NCBI GenBank assembly: GCA_964016885.1
Contig: OZ024742.1
Coordinates: 170,748,001-170,812,000 of the forward strand
Direction of reading: 5' to 3'
DNA length: 64,000 nucleotides
From: Eledone cirrhosa
Taxonomy: Eukaryota
The notes under the pieces were generated by a model that worked only from the letters and a program-made list of their open reading frames with translations, was not told where the DNA came from and did no database searches. The position numbers and the translations under genes are program-made. Of the stretch, positions 26,780-42,275 are shown piece by piece (within the stretch, counting starts at the first letter, position 1; the number at the start of each line of letters is the position of its first letter).

Positions 26780-27012
26780 GTTGAGGAAGAGAGCAAAAGG
26801 AAGAAAGGAGCACTTGCACAACACGCTCCTTGAGTTGAGGGTTGTTCTATCGACGGGGTATTAAACAACCCATTTGTGGCGCCTCCCCCCTATTGGGGAT
26901 TTCGATTGTTGAAATTGTTTGTTTTTATATTTTTTACACGACTGTATGTAAAATCCCCGGCATGTCTTTCTATTGTCCCCTTTCTTGTTGCGCCCTTGTG
27001 GCTAATAAAGAA
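23504..27012 (+). mobile_element. 5'-truncated Tx1 LINE, copy B, bounded by (ATCT)n
   Basis: Starts inside the APE domain and ends GCCCTTGTGGCTAATAAAGAA-(ATCT)n. Confidence 0.93.
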
Positions 27013-27080
<68 letters not shown>

Positions 27081-27354
27081 CTCTATAACGTTTATTTTTA
27101 CAATAACTCTCTCTGCTCACTTTCTGTGTTTCTCTCTATTTCTTCTTCCTAACTATCTTTTTTTCTCTTTTTCCCATTTTCTGTTTAACTTTCAAATTCT
27201 TTTTATCTCTTCCTCGTTTTCCTCCCAAGGTTTCTCTTTTCCCTCGTAATCTCTCTCTCTCTCTCTTTCTCTCTCTGTGTGTATATATATATTTATATAT
27301 ATATATATATATCTGTAAATACACACACACAGACACACAGACACACAGACACAG

Positions 27355-27397
<43 letters not shown>

Positions 27398-27464
27398 CAG
27401 CTAAAATTCCGTTATAACGAATTTTTTTGTACTCCGTTAATTTTACTGTATATATACATATATG

Positions 27465-27519
<55 letters not shown>

Positions 27520-28099
27520 GTATATATCACCCTCTCTATCTCTCCCTCTACTATCTCCTTATCTTCTTTTGTCTCTCCCATTATCCTTCACTCTATATAT
27601 TTCTCTCCTCCCTCTGTTTGTCTATCATCATTCTATATAAACTTATTGCAATGCAGTGTAACACATATCTTCACTGCAAACCCACTCACATCCTCACCTA
27701 CACTCGTCACGCACTATACACACCATACACACATACACACAATACATACATGCTTGAATGTGTGTATGGGTGGACGTTATATGATTTAAACTCTATAAAG
27801 TACCAGTAATGCACTGGGTGATTTGCTGGCCTTGTGCCTTGTGCCAAAAGTAGAAACAGTTATATGATTTAAACTCTAACACTTATACACATGCACTATA
27901 GACCCTTTCACACTCTAATATATATACATATACAATATAGATCTTTTCACAGCGAAGCTTTTAATTGAAAACACACCTTATCTCAAATTATTTAATCTAC
28001 GCCGTGTACATATATTTACTAACAATTTCTATACCCTAACTTCCCCAGCCGACGGCTGATGTCCTGCTAGGGTATTGGCATTGTTTCCAAATTTTTTTA

Positions 28100-28420
28100 T
28101 GGCGATCCTTTCTTGATAAGCCATTGATCAATGAGGAAATTTAACATTGCCATCGTCCTTTCTGCTTCTTGGCCCATCTGTGATCCTAGACTACAGAATA
28201 TCGAGGTGCTTCTTGAAAACGCCTATATGCATTCCACGCAAATCTCTCAGGGGTTTTGGCAGCACATTAAAGTGCTGGGGGCTTTTCAATCTCAAGCTAT
28301 TACAGTTTCTGATCTTTACTCTGGATATGAAGGATGGGAACTTTAGTACTATGCAGTGGCGTCCCGTTTGGGGGTTTCTCAGCATAATAATTTTTAAACA
28401 AGCTGGTTTGGGTATTGGCA
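28100..28420 (-). mobile_element. CR1-clade LINE 3' fragment
   Basis: TGRHCIV...SLRLKSPQHFNVLPKPLRDL...VFKKHLD matches a CR1 ORF2 C-terminus. Confidence 0.7.
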
Positions 28421-29344
28421 ATTCATCCAACCCATTTAAAGCTTTCTTACATTTAATTGTAACAAAAACAATTCCTGCCAATGATTTTCAACGATTGATT
28501 TAGATATTGTGAGAACCAATAAGGCATAACCACAATTTATGCCATCACCACCCGAATCCATATTCTCATAAATTTCTTAATAATGTATATTTTTATGAGA
28601 TTTTTCAGAGGTGCGTTTTCAAAGATGTATTTCACGATGAGTTGATGAACATTTAAAAATATTGCTAAAACGTAAACTTGGAATTTTTTTCATAATTCTT
28701 TCCAACTTCATGTTGCTGAAGAATAATATAAATCATGATAATAACATAAATTTCCTACACGAGCTTAATGTCTTTTCAGAATCAAGGAATTGCGTATTAA
28801 AATTGTTTTTATCAAGAAAATCATAATATATATCTACGAAAATGTATCTCTGCGTAATATGTATTGATAAATTAAATGCAACATACTTGTATGTTAACTG
28901 GTGTAAAATACATAAAAATATTCTTACCTGTAGTTAACTGCAATATGCATTTTATTGACGCGTGAAATAAGATTCGCGAATGTCAATTAACGGTTTGCAA
29001 ACTTATTTCATCATGTATGGGACCCCCACACATAGCTACATGGGTACACATACTCATATAAATATTACATGGATATCTATACATCCACACAGCCATACAT
29101 GCATCCATACAAACATACATACATACATACATGCAAATACACACAAACATCATAGGAGTGCTTGGCAAAAATATTTCTTTTTCTGTGTCTCTGTTACTGA
29201 TACTTACATACTTGTTACTGTTAGCGATGTCATGACAGATCCAAGAGATAACTCACCGTCCAAAACCGAATGAATGTGGCCGACTTACTTCATGAAAATG
29301 TCTTCATATAAATAGCATTATGAACAGCAATATTTATTGAAGAG

Positions 29345-29480
29345 TTACGGCCCTTTATGGTCTGAGTTCAAATCCCGCCGAGGTTAACTTTGCCTTTCAT
29401 CCTTACGGGTTCAATAAAATAAAGTACCAGTAATACACTGAAATAATTGCTGGCCTTGTGCCAAAAGTAAAAACAATATT
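29345..29480 (+). mobile_element. Nin-domain-like SINE fragment
   Basis: Homologous to 15844-15978. Confidence 0.8.
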
Positions 29481-29789
29481 TATTGAAGACAGCATTTTAG
29501 GTTATGAAGTTGTAACAAAAATATATTCCTTGAAAATAGGTAAGTCAGGATCATGTTCAATACCCCGACCTACCTCGATAAAAAATAATTCTGAATATTT
29601 TAAGTGATAACGTTGACACAAAGCAATTTTTTAAAATTATAGTAAATTGAGTCGAATTTCTTTTATTCTGAATTATTCGGGTGAAAATTTGTCAGCTCGA
29701 GTCATGGATTTACGTCCAAACAAGTATTACAAGTATTGGCATGAAAAAATGCCCAATGAGAAATTGCTGGATAGATGAAAACAGGAGTT

Positions 29790-30050
29790 ATATCAAAAAT
29801 TATTATCAGAAGAAAATGGAAGTGAATAGTGCATGTTCTCAGAAGGGAGTAAGATAGCATCTCAAGAACAGCTCTTCACTGCATACCAGACGGCGAGTGA
29901 ACACGAGGAAGGCCAAAGAACACCTGGCGCAGAACAGTCGAGGGAGAGATGAAGACCTGGAAACACACATGAGGTACCATCCGGAAGCTGACCCAGGACA
30001 AAGAGGAGTGGAGGACCATCGTTGTTGTGTTAGATGCCAGTTGTCATAAC
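29790..30050 (+). mobile_element. RTE-clade LINE 3' fragment
   Basis: Translates RKWK*IVHVLRRE*DSISRTALHCIPDGE*TRGRPKNTWRRTVEGEMK. Confidence 0.75.
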
Positions 30051-30265
30051 AGTCAGTAGATAGAAGTATTACAAGTACTGAAAGTAATGTTGGTTTGAAA
30101 CAGATAGACCTGACTGTTGTGGTACACGGACCCAGTCACAGATGTCTGTGTGCTTGAGTCACCAATGGCATGTATGTATGTATGTATGTATGAATGAATG
30201 TATGTATGTATGTATGTATGTATGTATGTATTATGTATGTATGTATGTACGAATGCATGTATGTA

Positions 30266-32900
30266 TGAAGTAGGTATTTGGTGGAGATAGCTTGTTCCTG
30301 GATTGCATGGAGATATTCTTCGAGGTGGGATGTTATGAATTGTCGGAACTCCATGCCAAGTTTGTAGCATGAGTTATCTCCTCTATATACACCTTCTCGG
30401 TGAAATGGTTCCATTTTAAAAATTTTGTTCGAGCATTGAGTAGAATCTCCGAATGTTCCTGGGAGAGAGATTTGTCTTCTTCTTCGGTCGAGTTTACACT
30501 CGCAAAGATTCAGCAGACTTTCTCCAATCGTCCCGGTCGAGCATGACATTTCTTAGTTCGTTGATGTTATCAATGTAGGCATCTCTCAGCAGGGTATGAA
30601 TGAGACGGCCTGTCTTTGCACGCTTCTTCGTCCGACTGTCGGTTTGAAAAGAGATTTGTATCAGGTTTTATTTCATATCTCTCTTCTAGATCGGTGGCTG
30701 TGAATTGGCAGTATCGGTAGAGGGTCGGATGCCATGCTTCCCAGCATAGTTACGTCCCTTTACGGTCTGAGTTCAAATCCCGTCGAGGTTAACTTTGCCT
30801 TTCATCCTTACCGGGTCGATAAAATAAAGTACCAGTAATGAACTGGGTAATTGCTGGCCTTGTGCCAAAAGTAGAAACAATTATTATTTCTATGCTCATC
30901 ATTTTTATGCTCTCGTGTCATATTAATATGGATTTTAGGCCCCGGCCACCCTCCTTGCGTGAGAAATATAGCCTATACACATCACTATTGATGCTAAAGT
31001 TTCCAGTAACACTGAGCAGCTTGAAATTCCTTTCATTCATCTCATTCATTTCTAGCAAATATCAGTTCAACAGGCCAAATATTTGCGTTAGGATGTGCAC
31101 AGCAAAAGTATTATGGGCAATGTGCCTGTTAAACTCTAAGGGTTCTGATGAACATATTCTCTTTACTCTCCTGTGGTATTCATTCCTTATCCTCACCTTA
31201 TTTATTCGTTCATTATATCTGACATTCTCATCCTGTCCTAGATACTTATGATTGTCACTTGTCTATAGAGATTCTATTGTCAAGCCTTTCATTTTAGGTG
31301 TTTAGAGATGGGTTCAATTTTTTCATTTTTTATAGTAAAAAATGCACATTTGAATTCACCAAATTTCATTCCAATGTAAAAATTAGGTAATGACGTCCAA
31401 TTGTATTTATATATGGTTGATATTTGATCCCTACAATTTCAGGTCATAGACAAAGAAAAGATGGGGGATTCTTCTGGATCCATTTCTATTACCAGTTTGT
31501 GAGCAGGTGTGATAGTGGTTTTAGTGAGAGAACGAAGAGCAGCACTGACAAGCTACACCCTAAAAGGTGCCGTTTTGAAAGTAAATGATATCAGACACAA
31601 CTTGCTCCTTATCACTCTTAAGGAGTGTTAGTCAGGCGTTCGATAGCAGATGCTAATGGTTGTGTGACTTTGGCTACCTGTAAAGCCTTGATAATCCACC
31701 CATGTTGTATACTATCAAAAGCTCTCTGATTGGCCAGCCACACTACAGTCAAGTTAATGCGTATCTTTACTGTTTTTTCTTGGATAATTTTATTAATTAG
31801 TAGCTGCTCTATGCATCCCCCACACCTCCTCCTTTTTCCTAGCTTCCTCAGGTGTTATAATGCTGTTGGTGGCACAATGATCCTGCAAGAACAGATTGTT
31901 GCACCCAGTGTATGTTTTACATAGTGTTCTGGCAGGTTATTAGCCGGCAATTTTTCGCAAGGGTAATTTGAATATTTTGTGGGATGAGAAGAGTAGTGGC
32001 AGTTGATAACCATTAGGGCATCTCTTGTGTGCTATTGATACTTTCTCCATAAAATGTATGAGATCTCGCCAATAAAAGGTGAAATTCTTCACCCAGTAAC
32101 CTGTTTTGAGGTCTGGGCCTGGGGATTTGCAGTTTGACATTTTCTGTAGAACTGTTTCTATATTGCGCCATCTGTTTCATATTGCTTTTGCTGGACATGT
32201 TGGCAGTGGTCTGACTCCAGTTCGTTTGGCCATACAACTTGTTTGTTGAATTCATCATTTGTTTCCAATACAGATTTCCAGTAGTTCCCAGCCTGAGTGT
32301 CTTTTACAAAGATTGAGCCTTTCACATTGAAGCTACGATAGACTGACTTGGGATCTCTCGCAAATATTCTATTCAGTATGTGCCGATTATAGCCTGGAGA
32401 TTTATATTTTAGTTTTTCAGATGTAGCTGTGAATTGTTGTTTTACTGGTTTAGTATTGAGTTCAGGGTTTTAAATCCTATATCTCCAAATCGTTATGTCG
32501 TGTAAAATTGTTTACTGGCGTTACATTTTATAACTATTTTATTCTTCAAATTGTATGCCCAGGCAAGCCTAGGGTTTCTGCATGTATCTCGAATGCGTAG
32601 CTTTAGCTCTTTGCAATACGCTAGTAAAGTGATAATGGAGACATATGTCAAAAGGTGAACAGTTCCGTAGGTTGTTTTCATAACTTTTTACGGTGTGGCA
32701 TTTAGATAATCGTCTTCAATTTCATTTACTGCCCCCAATTCTAATTTACTTGGTTCTTTACTTATACTGGCTGTAATTCAAATGAAGGTGATGGATCTGT
32801 TGAAACATATTCCAGATCACTTTTAAGTTGTCCACAAGTTTCTGGTGTTCTGCTTGTACAGTTGAGTTATGAATTTCAAGTAAATTGTTGTGTTTTTTAC
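30266..32900 (-). mobile_element. Old, degenerate R4-like RT region interrupted by a SINE
   Basis: Minus-strand remnants KSPGPD..TGYWVK, LLFVLSLKPL, HLFFVYDLKL, KYLGQDEN, KEYHRRVKRI and AIQEQAISTKYL. Confidence 0.75.
30750..30887 (+). mobile_element. Nin-domain-like SINE fragment
   Basis: Homologous to 15844-15978. Confidence 0.8.
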
Positions 32901-33107
32901 TGTTACATTTAGTTGACCATGCGGTCTGTCCATCAATGAAAGTGAGTTGTTTATCTTCAATGACTGGATTTGAATCAATCAGGTATGTATGTATGTATGT
33001 ATGTATGTATGTATGTATGTATGTATGTATGTATGTATGTATGTATGTATGTATGTATGTATGTATGTATGTATGTATGTATGCATGGGTTCATGTGTAT
33101 GTATATG

Positions 33108-33464
33108 CGCGGGGACATAGAAATAGTCGGGCTGGACACCCGATCGCGCGGGTAAACCACTTGGAGTGAACGACCCCTAGCCTTTCTCAGTGCATTCTTC
33201 TAGGAGAAGGCAACTCAGGAAACTGGGATAACTCCGATATAAAACCTGCGGCTCAGTAGTTACCGATGATGTTGATCTTTTCTTCTTTTCGGGTTATAGC
33301 TACTGTCGCTCAGAGAGTGGGATTGGCTCAGTGCACAGTCTTTCCTCACTTTAGAAAATATCTTCACGCACAGGCATTGCACGATAGAATTAATTAATTA
33401 TTATTAATAATGGTATATCGTGCAATGGCCATACTCGATAACGAGGGAGCAGCCATCATCATCA
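33108..33464 (+). mobile_element. Family X-related retroposon between (ATGT)n tracts
   Basis: Shares TTCTAGGAGA..AACTC, CCGATGATGTTGA, GCTCAGA..GTG.GATTGGC and GCACAGGCATTGC with 13560-13863. Confidence 0.65.
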
Positions 33465-33585
33465 TGTATGTATGTATGTATGTATGTATGTATGTATGTA
33501 TGTATGTATCTATCTATCTCTCTCTCTATATATACACACACACACACGCATATATACACACACATACACACACACACATATATAT

Positions 33586-33897
33586 AGGTACCCGTTTTCG
33601 TGAGTTGTATTGAATCGAATAACTATGCTCTGGGAGTGTATTTTACATTACCTATTGACTACGCTGAGATGCAACCGGTCCTAGCACTGACACCTATGCT
33701 GCTCCGTCAACTTCTTATTACTCTGAAGACAGCATATATGTGTAGGTATGTATATTCCCTCTGATAGTTTGTAAAAATTTTACATAGATCTATAGGATAT
33801 GCATACCAACACTAACATATATATCCTAGAAACGATCGTAAAATGATGAATTTTTTAATATAAGGAACTGTTTCTTTGTTTATTCATTATTTTATTA

Positions 33898-33900
<3 letters not shown>
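33586..33900. mobile_element. Two-ended PLE-type module (minus-strand tail plus plus-strand hammerhead segment)
   Basis: CTGAAGA...GAA-ACGATCGT-A on the plus strand and a CAGAGCAT tail motif on the minus strand at 33625-33632, with TA flanks. Confidence 0.55.
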
Positions 33901-33973
<73 letters not shown>

Positions 33974-34212
33974 ATAATAATAAATTTGAAGACTAAAATC
34001 CACAGAGGGTTCGATAAGGATAAATATATATCATATATATAAGAACCGTAGAGCAAATATTTATTAAAATAACAGATTAAAGTTTAAGCAAAGAATCGCT
34101 GCTTTCACCCTTAACGGGATCTTCTGAAACTAACAAAGTCAATCTGTGAACGCAGAAGTAAATATTTCAAAAAACGTTGCAAAGAACGGGAAAAAACGAA
34201 TATAATACGTCG

Positions 34213-34275
<63 letters not shown>

Positions 34276-34276
<1 letters not shown>

Positions 34277-34445
34277 CGAAGGAAATGTGGTAAGGAACCA
34301 GATGGACCATAACGCACCAAAGTACTCAATACTTAGGGTAGTAGAGTGGGTAATAGGAACGAGTAAGACCCCGACGGCTGAGCTCAAGTCGTCCAGAATC
34401 AGCCGTCGAAACGGCTTGAGCTCGGCCGTCGGGGTCCTACTCGTT

Positions 34446-34450
<5 letters not shown>
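34276..34450. mobile_element. Fold-back PLE-type module, family Y copy 3
   Basis: Homologous to 8946 and 14731. Here the tail-less arm is the longer one. Confidence 0.8.
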
Positions 34451-34478
<28 letters not shown>

Positions 34479-34714
34479 TATCCTAATGATATATATTTGT
34501 TTCTATGAATTCTACTCTTTGACTTATAGCAATCAGATCCTCTTTGCCCCTATCGTACCATGTCCGCTTGCGGTCCTTCTCTATCTCCTCCTCTTGCACA
34601 TACACATACACTTATAAACATATGAACACACACTTCTCTGTATAAACATATATTATTGCCATATGCATAGTTCTGTTCGTGCATATATTCATACATACAA
34701 GCATGCATCCACCC

Positions 34715-34780
<66 letters not shown>

Positions 34781-34849
34781 AGAGAGAGAGATAGATAGAG
34801 AGAGATAGAGATAGATAGAGAGATATAAATAAATATATATATATACTTA

Positions 34850-35930
34850 TAGAGCTTCCTGTCAAACAGAACCCAACATGTTGTAGTTGAGGGAGTCAAA
34901 TCAAGCCCAGCCAAAGTCAGTAGTGGGGTCCCACAAGGCACTGTGTTGGGCCCACTTCTCTTCATCATCTATATTAATGACATCACTGACATCATCAAAC
35001 ACAGCAACATTAAAATTTTCGCTGATGATTCCAAGCTCCAAAAGGTCATCAATGGCGTGGATGACCGGATAAGCCTTCAGTCAGACCTACTGGCTGTTAC
35101 CCAATGGGCAGAAAAGAACAACATGTTACTGAACGAAGACAAATTCGAACTGATCCACTTTGGAAAAGAGGATGCTCTGAAACTCCCGTACTCCCTTCCC
35201 TCCGGGGAAACTCTCGTGGCATCTAACAACATCAGAGACTTGGGAGTAACCGTGGACAGCAACATAAGCTGGACCACGCATATAAGCAGCAAAGTTGACA
35301 TGGCCCGCAGAATGTGTTCCTGGATCCTCAGAACCTTCCAGTCGAGAGATTCCCGCACCATTATCCTTCTCTTCTCTACTTTCGCCCGACCACACCTTGA
35401 ATACTGTTGTCCACTGTGGTCTCCCCACACGAAACAAAGTATCATGAAACTTGAAGCTCCTCAAAGGGCAATCACGAAAAAGATAGATGGCATGTCAGAC
35501 CTTGACTACTGGGGTCGATTAGAAAACCTGAAACTTTACTCACTCCAACGTCGCCGTGAGCGTTATATTATCTGCATGATGTGGAAAATGTTCCATCATC
35601 ACTGCCCAAATGATGTTGGCATCGCCTTCAAGATACAACCAAGGCTTGGGCCCCGTGCTATCCGTCCCATTCAAAAATCTAAATCGCAACTCATAACAAC
35701 AATACGGCACAATTATTTCACCTCAATCGGCCCTGCTCTCTTCAACATCACACCAGGACACGTCAAAACAGAAACTGACCACACAAAATTCAAGAAGTCT
35801 TTGGACAAATTCCTCCAAGTAATCCCGGACAAACCACCCACACCCGGATATGTCTCCGCAAACAGTAATTCTCTTCTCGAATGGGCCATGGTGCCCAAAT
35901 CCTGAATTGAAAGACTTCGCCAGGTGGTGC
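34850..35930 (+). mobile_element. 5'-truncated CR1-clade LINE (RT C-terminal half, open frame to 35905)
   Basis: [39 protein letters not shown] and LQRRRER motifs, then a 25-nt 3' UTR running into (TA)n. Confidence 0.92.
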
Positions 35931-37427
<1,497 letters not shown>

Positions 37428-38883
37428 CTAGACAAGCACGTTAGCGTTAGTGCGTGCATTTCCATCTAATCGCTTACAGCACTGCCCTGACAAGGATAAA
37501 TTTAAAAACGTAAATTAGCTAATTAATAGTCAAATGTCAGGACTTCAGTTGCCTCCCCTTCCGTTGGCATTATTCTCAGCGTTTCTGCAGCTAATACAAA
37601 TCTGCCTTATTGAAAGAGGTATCTTCAGACTGTTGCAGATGTCAGGTCAGCTAGTAGATATTTGCTCTTTCCATTCTCGCCTGGCGACTTTTACACTCAG
37701 TACACGTCAAATTATCCTAATAATTAAACTCTATTTCATCTATTTCTCTCCAAGACTTGACTGTTTATTTCATTTTAACTCTTTCTCTTTCCTCTTAGCG
37801 CAGAGTCTTTGCTTTAGCTAATATCTACTCTGCCTGTCTGTCGGCCCGTCTCTCTGCTATATCAGTCGGTCTGTCTGTCGGCTTGTCTGTAGGTCTGTCT
37901 GTCTGTCAGTCTCTCTCTATCACACACACACACACTAAATATCTGCCTGTCTCTCCCTGTCTTTGTATTTCTCTCACATATATAGTCTCTCTCTCTCCCT
38001 CCCCCTCTCTCTCTCATACATACCCAGTCTCTCTCTATGTCTCTCTCTCCCTCTTTCTCTTTCTCTCTCTCTCTGTCTCTCTCTCTCTCTCTGCCTCTCT
38101 CTCTCACAGACTCTGTCTTACACACAGTCTTTCTTTCTCACATCCAGACACATCTCCCACTCACAATCTCTCTCTCCCCCTCTCTCTCTCACACATACGC
38201 AGTCTCTCTCTCTCTCTCCCCCTCTCTCTCTCACACATACGCAGTCTCTCTCTCTCTCTCCCAGTTTTAGTTATGCAGTCTGTCGGCCTGCTTATCTACC
38301 TGTCTGCTTGTATGTTTGTCTCTTGGTTTATCTGTCTGTTTGTCTCTCAGTTGCTGTAACTCTCCCCTGTCTCTCTCTCATATTCCACTGTGTAGAAACA
38401 GTTAGTTAAACTTCAGACCTACACACGCACCATTTACATAGACATGAGAGAAAATATAAACACACATATAGATACACAGATATAACTAGAAAGACATTCA
38501 TATCTATATTTCTATACAAACCCACACAAATAGACACACACTCACACACACGCACGTAGATGCACATAGATACTCACACACACAGACACGCACACACAGG
38601 CAAATAGATACCCATACACACATACACATCCATATAGATATAAAAACACATACAGACACGCACGTACACATATAAATACCCAAACATACACAGACAGGTG
38701 CACAGACACACACACACACAAACACATAGACACACACATAAATATATAACTGATGAGTACGCTTCTCTAACGAGAGACTAACAACTTACCAACATACAAT
38801 TATATTTATAAATATATATCTATATATATGAGTATGTATGTGTGTGTGCGTGTGTGTGTAATTGATATTATCATACCAATCTG

Positions 38884-40183
38884 TACTGATGAGACGATAT
38901 TTGTTAGTAAGATTACTGTCTAGGAAAAAATAACACAGTAGTTTTATTTTTTAAGATATATTTATCAAACTTGGGTCAGTTTGTATTCATGACTTGTTCT
39001 TTCGATCTCACTCGATAAACCCGCCATTGGCTTTGATGACGGCCTCAAGGCGGCCTCGGAACCGGCTACAGGCCTTCGTCAATGTCCCCCGACTTAGGCC
39101 CCTAAAGGCACTTGTGATCCTGGCCTTCAGATCGTCTTTCGTATTGCAGCTAGATCTGTTGGTGTCTCGTTCCACTGCGCGCCACACAAAGAAGTCGAGG
39201 AGATTGCAGTCAGGCGAGCTGGGAGGCCAGATGTCAGGTGAAGTGGTCGACGAAGTTCTCTGACAGCCAGGCTTGGGTCTTTCGGCTGGTATGGCAGGGC
39301 GCTGAGTCTTGCTGCCACACGTACGGCCTACCTGCAGCTACCTGGTCGATCCAGGGCTTTACTACCTCGCTCAGAACGCGCATGTAGCCATCGGTGTTCA
39401 GCTTGAGGCCCTCAGGGAAGAAGTGAGGTGGCATGACGTCACCTTGACTGCTAACGACACCTAAGACCAATGTTGTCGCTGGAAACTTTGTCTGCATGAC
39501 ACGTCTTTGGATGAGACAGCAAGCCACCTGTTGTTCTGGGAGTTGAACTTCTGGTCTTGGCAGAAGTTTTTCTCGTCGGAGAAAAACAACAGCATGTCTG
39601 GCTCCAGTGGGTGTTTCAACTTGTTGATCAGCTTCTTTGCGTGCTTCAGTCGCTTTTCTTGCATCGCCTTTGAGAGAAATTTCCTTTCCTCATCTTGTAT
39701 GAAACGTAGCGAATGTCTTCATGTACCACCAGCCTAATGAGCTTTTCATCCACGCCTTTCTCCCTTGCAATGGTACGCATCGACTTGCTAGGTTCATTGT
39801 TGATGATATCCTGAACTTCAGCGACGAATTCGGGCGTTCTGAAGGCGTCAGATCGTCGATCATGTGTTTTCCTCTCTGATGTTGCTTCGTAGTTGAATCC
39901 TGAATCTTCCAATTCCTTTCTGACCATTTCCACCATTCTCCTGCTGACGCTGAGAAGTCTGAAATTTCCTTATTTGTCCCACTGGCGCGGATTCCAAGAA
40001 GAACTCCGTGTCTCTTCCACAAATTTGGAGGTTCAAAATTATTCATAATCTGAAAATAAATAATGGAAATATAGTCACTGTTTTTATAGTCACTGTTTCT
40101 ATGAAAACAAGAGTGACAACGGAAGTAAAAAAAATTAGCATAAAATTAGCAGTTGAAAATTGCGAACAAATATCGTCCACACC

Positions 40184-40187
<4 letters not shown>
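38884..40187 (-). mobile_element. Tc1/mariner-superfamily DNA transposon (maT/DD37D-like), frameshifted
   Basis: FFSDEKNF, WQQDSAPCH and WPPSSPDCN.LDFFVW motifs. Right TIR reads TACAGGGTGTGGACGATATTTGTTCGC (minus strand, at 40187) and a degenerate partner lies at 38884-38910. Confidence 0.88.
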
Positions 40188-40254
<67 letters not shown>

Positions 40255-40636
40255 TTTGTATTTGCAAGATCTTTTATCTGAAAACGTGTGTTGAAACAGA
40301 TATTGTTATACATTGGGAGGGTCATGCTGCTAATAAAAATATACGCACCTATTAGTTTACACTTCAATTTAATACAAATTTCCAGTAGGTTGGTTTAATA
40401 ACCTGATGTTTGTTTATTTATTGTCAAAGAGCATTCGTCACACAGTCTGTGACCCTCTCAGTGACTAATTTGTTATTTTGTGTCCCTCCTTTGTTCTATC
40501 TTACACCATCTTGTTTTTGTGTGTTGTTTTTGTGTACTTGCTTTGCGCATGCGTTATATCCGGAAATTTGTAATAAATTGAATCGAAAACCAACAAGTGT
40601 GTGTGTGATTTTTATTGGCAGTATGATCCTCCCAAA

Positions 40637-40639
<3 letters not shown>

Positions 40640-40675
<36 letters not shown>

Positions 40676-41758
40676 TGTGGTTGTCTGTCTGCCTATCGAT
40701 TTTTGGCACACATCTCCTCTTAGAATCTCTCACGGAATTGCACCGAAATTGCTAGACTTGTACATTGAGCCCTAGCGAAGACATCGGAAAAAAAAAATTT
40801 CAAATTGACCCACCCTATGTGACGAAATCGAATATAATGTATCGATTTTTGAGCGTAAGTGATCAGTTATTTCCCTTTGTTCTGTTTACATTGAGCGTCT
40901 TACGTAAAAAATTACGCTGGCTTTAACAGTTGTCGAGCCAGCAAAATATTGACCTGCAAAATTCATCAGTTCGAACACTAAGCTTCCGTTTTGCTTCATT
41001 TCCATTTAAAAGCATTTTAAAACAATATTTTTACTTGAAAACAAGTCTATTTAAAGACTACGTAAAACAAGCAAATATTTCGTCGTTAGGCGTGCAGACA
41101 GACAGTCGTGCAGACAGACAGTCGTGCAGAGAGGTGATATAGGCGTGCAGACAGACAGTCGTGCAGAGAGGTGATATAGGCGTGCAGACAGACAGTCGTG
41201 CAGAGAGGTGATATAGGGGTGCAGGCAGACATTCGTGCAGAGAGGTGATATAGGGGTGCAGACAGACAGTCGTGCAGAGAGGTGATATAGGCGTGCAGAC
41301 AGACAGTCGTGCAGAGAGGTGATATACGCGTGCAGACAGATAGTCGTGCAGAGAGGTGATATAGGCGTGCAGACAGACAGTCGTGCAGAGAGGTGATATA
41401 GGCGTGCAGACAGACAGTCGTGCAGAGAGGTGATATAGGCGTGCAGACAGACATAACTGATAATTTGGTTACGCTAATGTTTTTCTCTGCGTTGCAGTGT
41501 TTACATTTTCGATCTTTGTTAATAAATAACCAGTGCAGTTTTTATCCCCAGCATCCTCTTTTGTTATAACATTCGGGTTATCGTTATGTTTTCTTCACTT
41601 CATAAGGCATATTGTTGGTTGAGGGAATATTAATCAAAAACACCACATGCAAGTCTGCACATTAGACACTACAGTTTTTAAGCCAATAAAGAAACTTAAC
41701 ATTGTAACTTTAACACAGCTACTGAGCGACCCCGAGCAACGCCGGGCTTTACTGCTAG
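40640..41758 (+). mobile_element. Non-autonomous Helitron
   Basis: 5' TATATATATAAAA start and a 3' hairpin CCCGAGCAACGCCGGG followed by CTAG then T. Confidence 0.75.
41088..41453 (+). repeat. 37-bp minisatellite, about 9-10 units, inside the Helitron
   Basis: Unit AGGCGTGCAGACAGACAGTCGTGCAGAGAGGTGATAT with no spacers. Confidence 0.95.
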
Positions 41759-42153
41759 TATATTATATATATAGTAGAATAATCGAGTATCGAAACATCG
41801 GCGCACGAGTTCACGATAAACAAAATTCGACATGAGTGGCAGAGGGCTCAATAATTCAGATAAATCAGAGCTATAACTATCGTTAAAATACCAACACACA
41901 TAGATTATGTCTAAAATCAACCATACGACCGAAAAATTACGATCCGGAAGATTCGGGTCACTCAGATAAAATATCAATAAATCAATAAATCATATGAATG
42001 TAAAAAGCTTACCCGGACCCACTAGAAAGATGATAAATCTAGCTTCTTGGGTTTCTGTAAATCCTTAAATCGCCCACTATCAGCCCACATAAAAATATAT
42101 AAGACTTCTAGGGAGCAGCGGACAGGAAATACTTTATCAACGAGCTTTGTCCA

Positions 42154-42275
<122 letters not shown>

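Noticed and set aside
33970-34215. Additional hammerhead-like remnants here and at 41770-42155
   Set aside because: The cores are too degenerate to support, although the TA-flanked context is similar.
37430-37850. Unique-looking sequence here and at 28.5-29.0 kb and 42.3-42.8 kb as possible host exons or enhancers
   Set aside because: No recognisable protein motif or convincing splice-bounded frame was found. Conservation or RNA-seq data would be needed.
41088-41453. CRISPR-like reading of the 37-bp and 53-bp repeats
   Set aside because: Units are contiguous with no unique spacers, there are no cas genes and the context is eukaryotic.
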